From NCBI GenBank assembly GCA_037447605.1, contig CM074810.1, positions 186,001 through 250,000 of the forward strand: DNA of 64,000 nucleotides, in the 5' to 3' direction. Each line of letters begins with the position of its first letter. The first letter of the stretch is position 1. This DNA comes from Zygnema circumcarinatum SAG 698-1b. Its lineage: Eukaryota; Plantae; Zygnematophyceae. Shown piece by piece: positions 61,217 to 64,000 of this stretch. The notes under the pieces are model-generated. The model did no database searches and was not told the DNA's origin. It was given only the letters and a program-made list of their open reading frames with translations. The position numbers and the translations under genes are program-made.

Positions 61217-63835
61217 GCCCGAAAAACAGATTAAATAAATAAACTGAATAGAAATAAAAAAAACTAAACTGAATAAACTAAATAATAATAAACTAAATAG
61301 AGAAATAAACTGACGGTGTAACTATTTCCAAAACGGTCCCATGAAGCAATCAAAGAGTGCGGCTCAACATCTTATTAAAGGGCAGCTTTTGAGGTTTGAT
61401 TTTTTTTGAAGTTTCAAAATTCAAGATAGCTATTTTTTTATTTTCAAACGTTTGACGATGGGGATTATGAGATTGAAAGGGTTCAGGATCTTCGCAGGCG
61501 GCTGTAAATATCTCGATATATTCGTCCATACGGAACCGACATGACGCCGTACGGTACGGTCCTAAAACGACAAGACTACTTCGTCGCACGGCGTGCGACC
61601 GCGTCGCAAACGTCGCACAGTCGTATCGGAGATATATCGGACCTTCAAGTGACATCTCGATATATCGCGATATCAAGGTTTAAGAGTTGAGGGTTTATCT
61701 CACTTGGGGAAAATCTCTGAGGCCAAGGTCAGGAGCAGCAGCGAGAGCGTTTCCGAGCGCCACGTGTCCCCCCTCTGTACGGATCATAGCGCCGGGCAGA
61801 AAAATAACTACAATTAAAAAGCTTCTGGAATAATTTTGTCCTCAAACTGGAGTTTCAAGCCTGCCCTCAACCAGTTTTTAACGAAAAACTGACTAAAAAC
61901 TGAAAACCCTAAAATACAAGGGCAGATTTTTTTCAGCTTCCAACTCACAATGAGACCCTCATAGTGTTCGATCGCCTTCTTCCCCGCCACGTGGACCACT
62001 CTGGATCTGACACATGGCACCACCCTGGCCACCACCGCTAGCGCCCGAAGCGCCACGTCACCCTCGTCCTTTGCCACGTCGTCGGCACTGACAGCTGTCA
62101 GCAGCTGAGACACTGCCACGTCAGCAATTGCAGCCTCTCCCACGGCGCCACCTGTCATCTCCTCGGCCTCTCCTTCTCCCTCCCTCTTCTTGGCGTTTTC
62201 CTCTCCCCCCTTTCCCCCTATTGTACCCGAATGTTCCATATTGATATTTTCCAATGCCACGGACAAACCCCCTTTTTTAAATCCCCCTTTTTCTGTATTG
62301 GCAATTTCTGCCAAGGCTCCAAAAATTTGTTCGATTAACGGGGGCCGGCGGGGGAAGCGGAGAAGGAGATGAACAAAAATTCGGGCTATTTCCAACCGTT
62401 GATTTGGGGAGAGATCGACGGCGCCAGGTGGCAGGCTGCCAATGGCCTGAAGTCCCGCCACTGGTCCCAAAAAAAAAGAATCCGAAAACCCGGTAAATTT
62501 TTTTGGTTAGGGCCATTTATAAGAAGGCCTAAAACCCGCCAAAACTCTGAACCCTTCATTTTAAGCTCCCGTTCCCCTGAACCCTGTCAAACCCTATCGA
62601 TCCTAAACTCTAAACCCTAAACGTAAACCCTATCAACCCTAAACCCTAAACCCTAAACATTTAACCCTGTCAACCCTAAACCCTATCAACCCTGATCCCT
62701 ATCGACACTAAACCCTAAAAACTAAACCCTTAACTCTTAACCCTATCAACCCTATCAACCTTAAACCCTAAACCCTATCAGCCCTAAACCCTATCGACCC
62801 TAAACCCTTAACCCTTAACCCTATCAGCTCTATCAACCCTATATCCTTAGCCCTATCAACACTATCAACACTATCAACCCTAAACCCTTAACCCTATCAA
62901 CCCTAAACCCCTAACCCTATCAACCCTAAACCCTTAACCCTATCAACCCTAAACCCCTAACCCTATCAACCCTAAACCCCTAACCCTATCAACCCTAAAC
63001 CCATCAATATCCCCCTAAACACAAAATTTTCCAACCCCTAAAAAGCAGCCACTCACCTCCAGTTTCAAGCAGCTCCCCTCCCTCTCCCTCTCCCTCTCCC
63101 TCTCCTTCAGAAATCGCTCCACAGAAAGTTTCAAGAAGATCTCCTTCCAGCCTATCCAAGGGCGCCACGTCAGTGCCACTTGCTTTTAACTCGAAATCAG
63201 TACCCCCGTCCTCCTCCCGCAAACTCTCCACCGCCGCCTTAGCGATTTCCGCCGCCACTCTCAGCGCTAATACCCCATTTGTACCCCTTTTTTCTTCCAT
63301 ATTTTTTTTCGTATTTTCCGAGTTCCAAACCCCAATTAAATTCGGCAAAATTTTTCTCGCTACCATTCTGCTCGAATTCACGGACCCTCTCCCCACTGAA
63401 CCCAAAACCCTAACTACCGAAAACCCTAATTTTTTCAGCCTATTCACATTTTCTCCTTTGGGCTTTTCACTTTCCGGAATTTTGGATTTTATTGCGGTGA
63501 AAAAATCTTCGACCAATTCGTCGTCGAGTACGAAATCGACAAATGTGACTTTAGGACGAGCCCCCTCCTTCCCCCCTCCTTCCTGGAAGCTTCCCTTTAC
63601 CCCCTTTAAACCCAGCTTTATTTCCCACTCTTTGGGAGATATGAGATTCGAAATCGATCTCTCACAAGCAGAGAGAGCGAGGCCCGCCTCTCCCAAAATC
63701 TGAGAATTAGGGTTTTCAGAATCCGGAATCGGTACAAGCACATCTTTTAGGGTTTCCCATACAGCGGAAATGTGGGAGGGGAGCATGGATGGCATTTTTT
63801 TCGCAGTTTTTTTAAGGAGAGAAAGGGACTCAAGC
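58030..63835 (-). CDS. MMS19: MMS19/MET18 cytosolic Fe-S assembly targeting factor; 3' part only, 5' exons beyond position 64000
   Basis: HEAT-like exons at ~63835-63057, 62462-~61955, ~61155-61045, ~60660-59822, ~59460-59380, ~59150-59020, ~58810-58720, ~58436-58355 and ~58156-58077. The C-terminus is SVREASLQLL..LPHALVYPHRGQ|VVPAVTAALDDPKRIVRREAAQCRRAW. The final stop is uncertain. Confidence 0.85.
59596..59763 (+). repeat. Interstitial (CCCTAA)n telomere-type array, ~28 units, in an MMS19 intron
   Basis: Near-perfect TTAGGG hexamers on the minus strand, with a few CTCTAA/CACTAA/CAGTAA variants. Confidence 0.95.
62585..63005 (+). repeat. Degenerate telomere-derived satellite (CCCTAAA / CCCTTAA / CCCTATCAA; ~23-bp higher-order unit toward the right end) in an MMS19 intron
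   Basis: AACCCTATCAACCCTAAACCCCT repeats several times at 62890-63002. Confidence 0.85.
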
Positions 63836-64000
63836 TGCAGAAAAGACAAAAGGAAAACCCAAAAAGAGAAAAGGGGGTGATGTTAAAGGGGCTGGCATTG
63901 TTGAGGGAATGAATATGAATTGAGGGATGTGGGGGGGGGGGGAGGGAGAGGGAGGGAGAGGGAGGGAAACGAAGAGTGAGAGGGAGGTAAGGGAGGAGAG

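Overview
Eukaryotic nuclear DNA from a green plant. My inference is a streptophyte alga of Zygnematophyceae type, based on BES1, TBL and METTL24-like genes together with microsatellite-filled introns. I reconstructed 11 intron-containing protein genes by hand from GT/GC-AG sites and reading-frame phase: BES1/BZR1-like TF (+), TBL O-acetyltransferase (-), NOL9/Grc3 kinase (-), VPS25 (+), RIT1 (+), a METTL24/Methyltransf_22-like protein (+), condensin CAP-H (+), an unrecognised ~1426-aa protein (-), a DUF3245-like protein (+), prohibitin (-) and MMS19 (-, 5' end outside the window). Most long ORFs in the supplied track are read-throughs of CT/GA satellites and are not genes. Six 10-N gaps are present, and two near-identical duplications abutting them look like assembly artefacts. 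I saw no tRNA, rRNA, CRISPR array or transposase. The most notable observations are: a 10-bp palindrome family (GCCACGTGGC / GMCANNTGKC) iterated through promoters, introns and coding exons; a ~155-aa Gly/His/Asp in-frame insertion in the RIT1 conserved core; exon-by-exon GC3 mosaicism; GTAC clusters; BES1 copies that differ exactly at the EAR motif; and a GC-AG intron plus a TCP-site array in prohibitin. No single clear new multi-gene system is evident.
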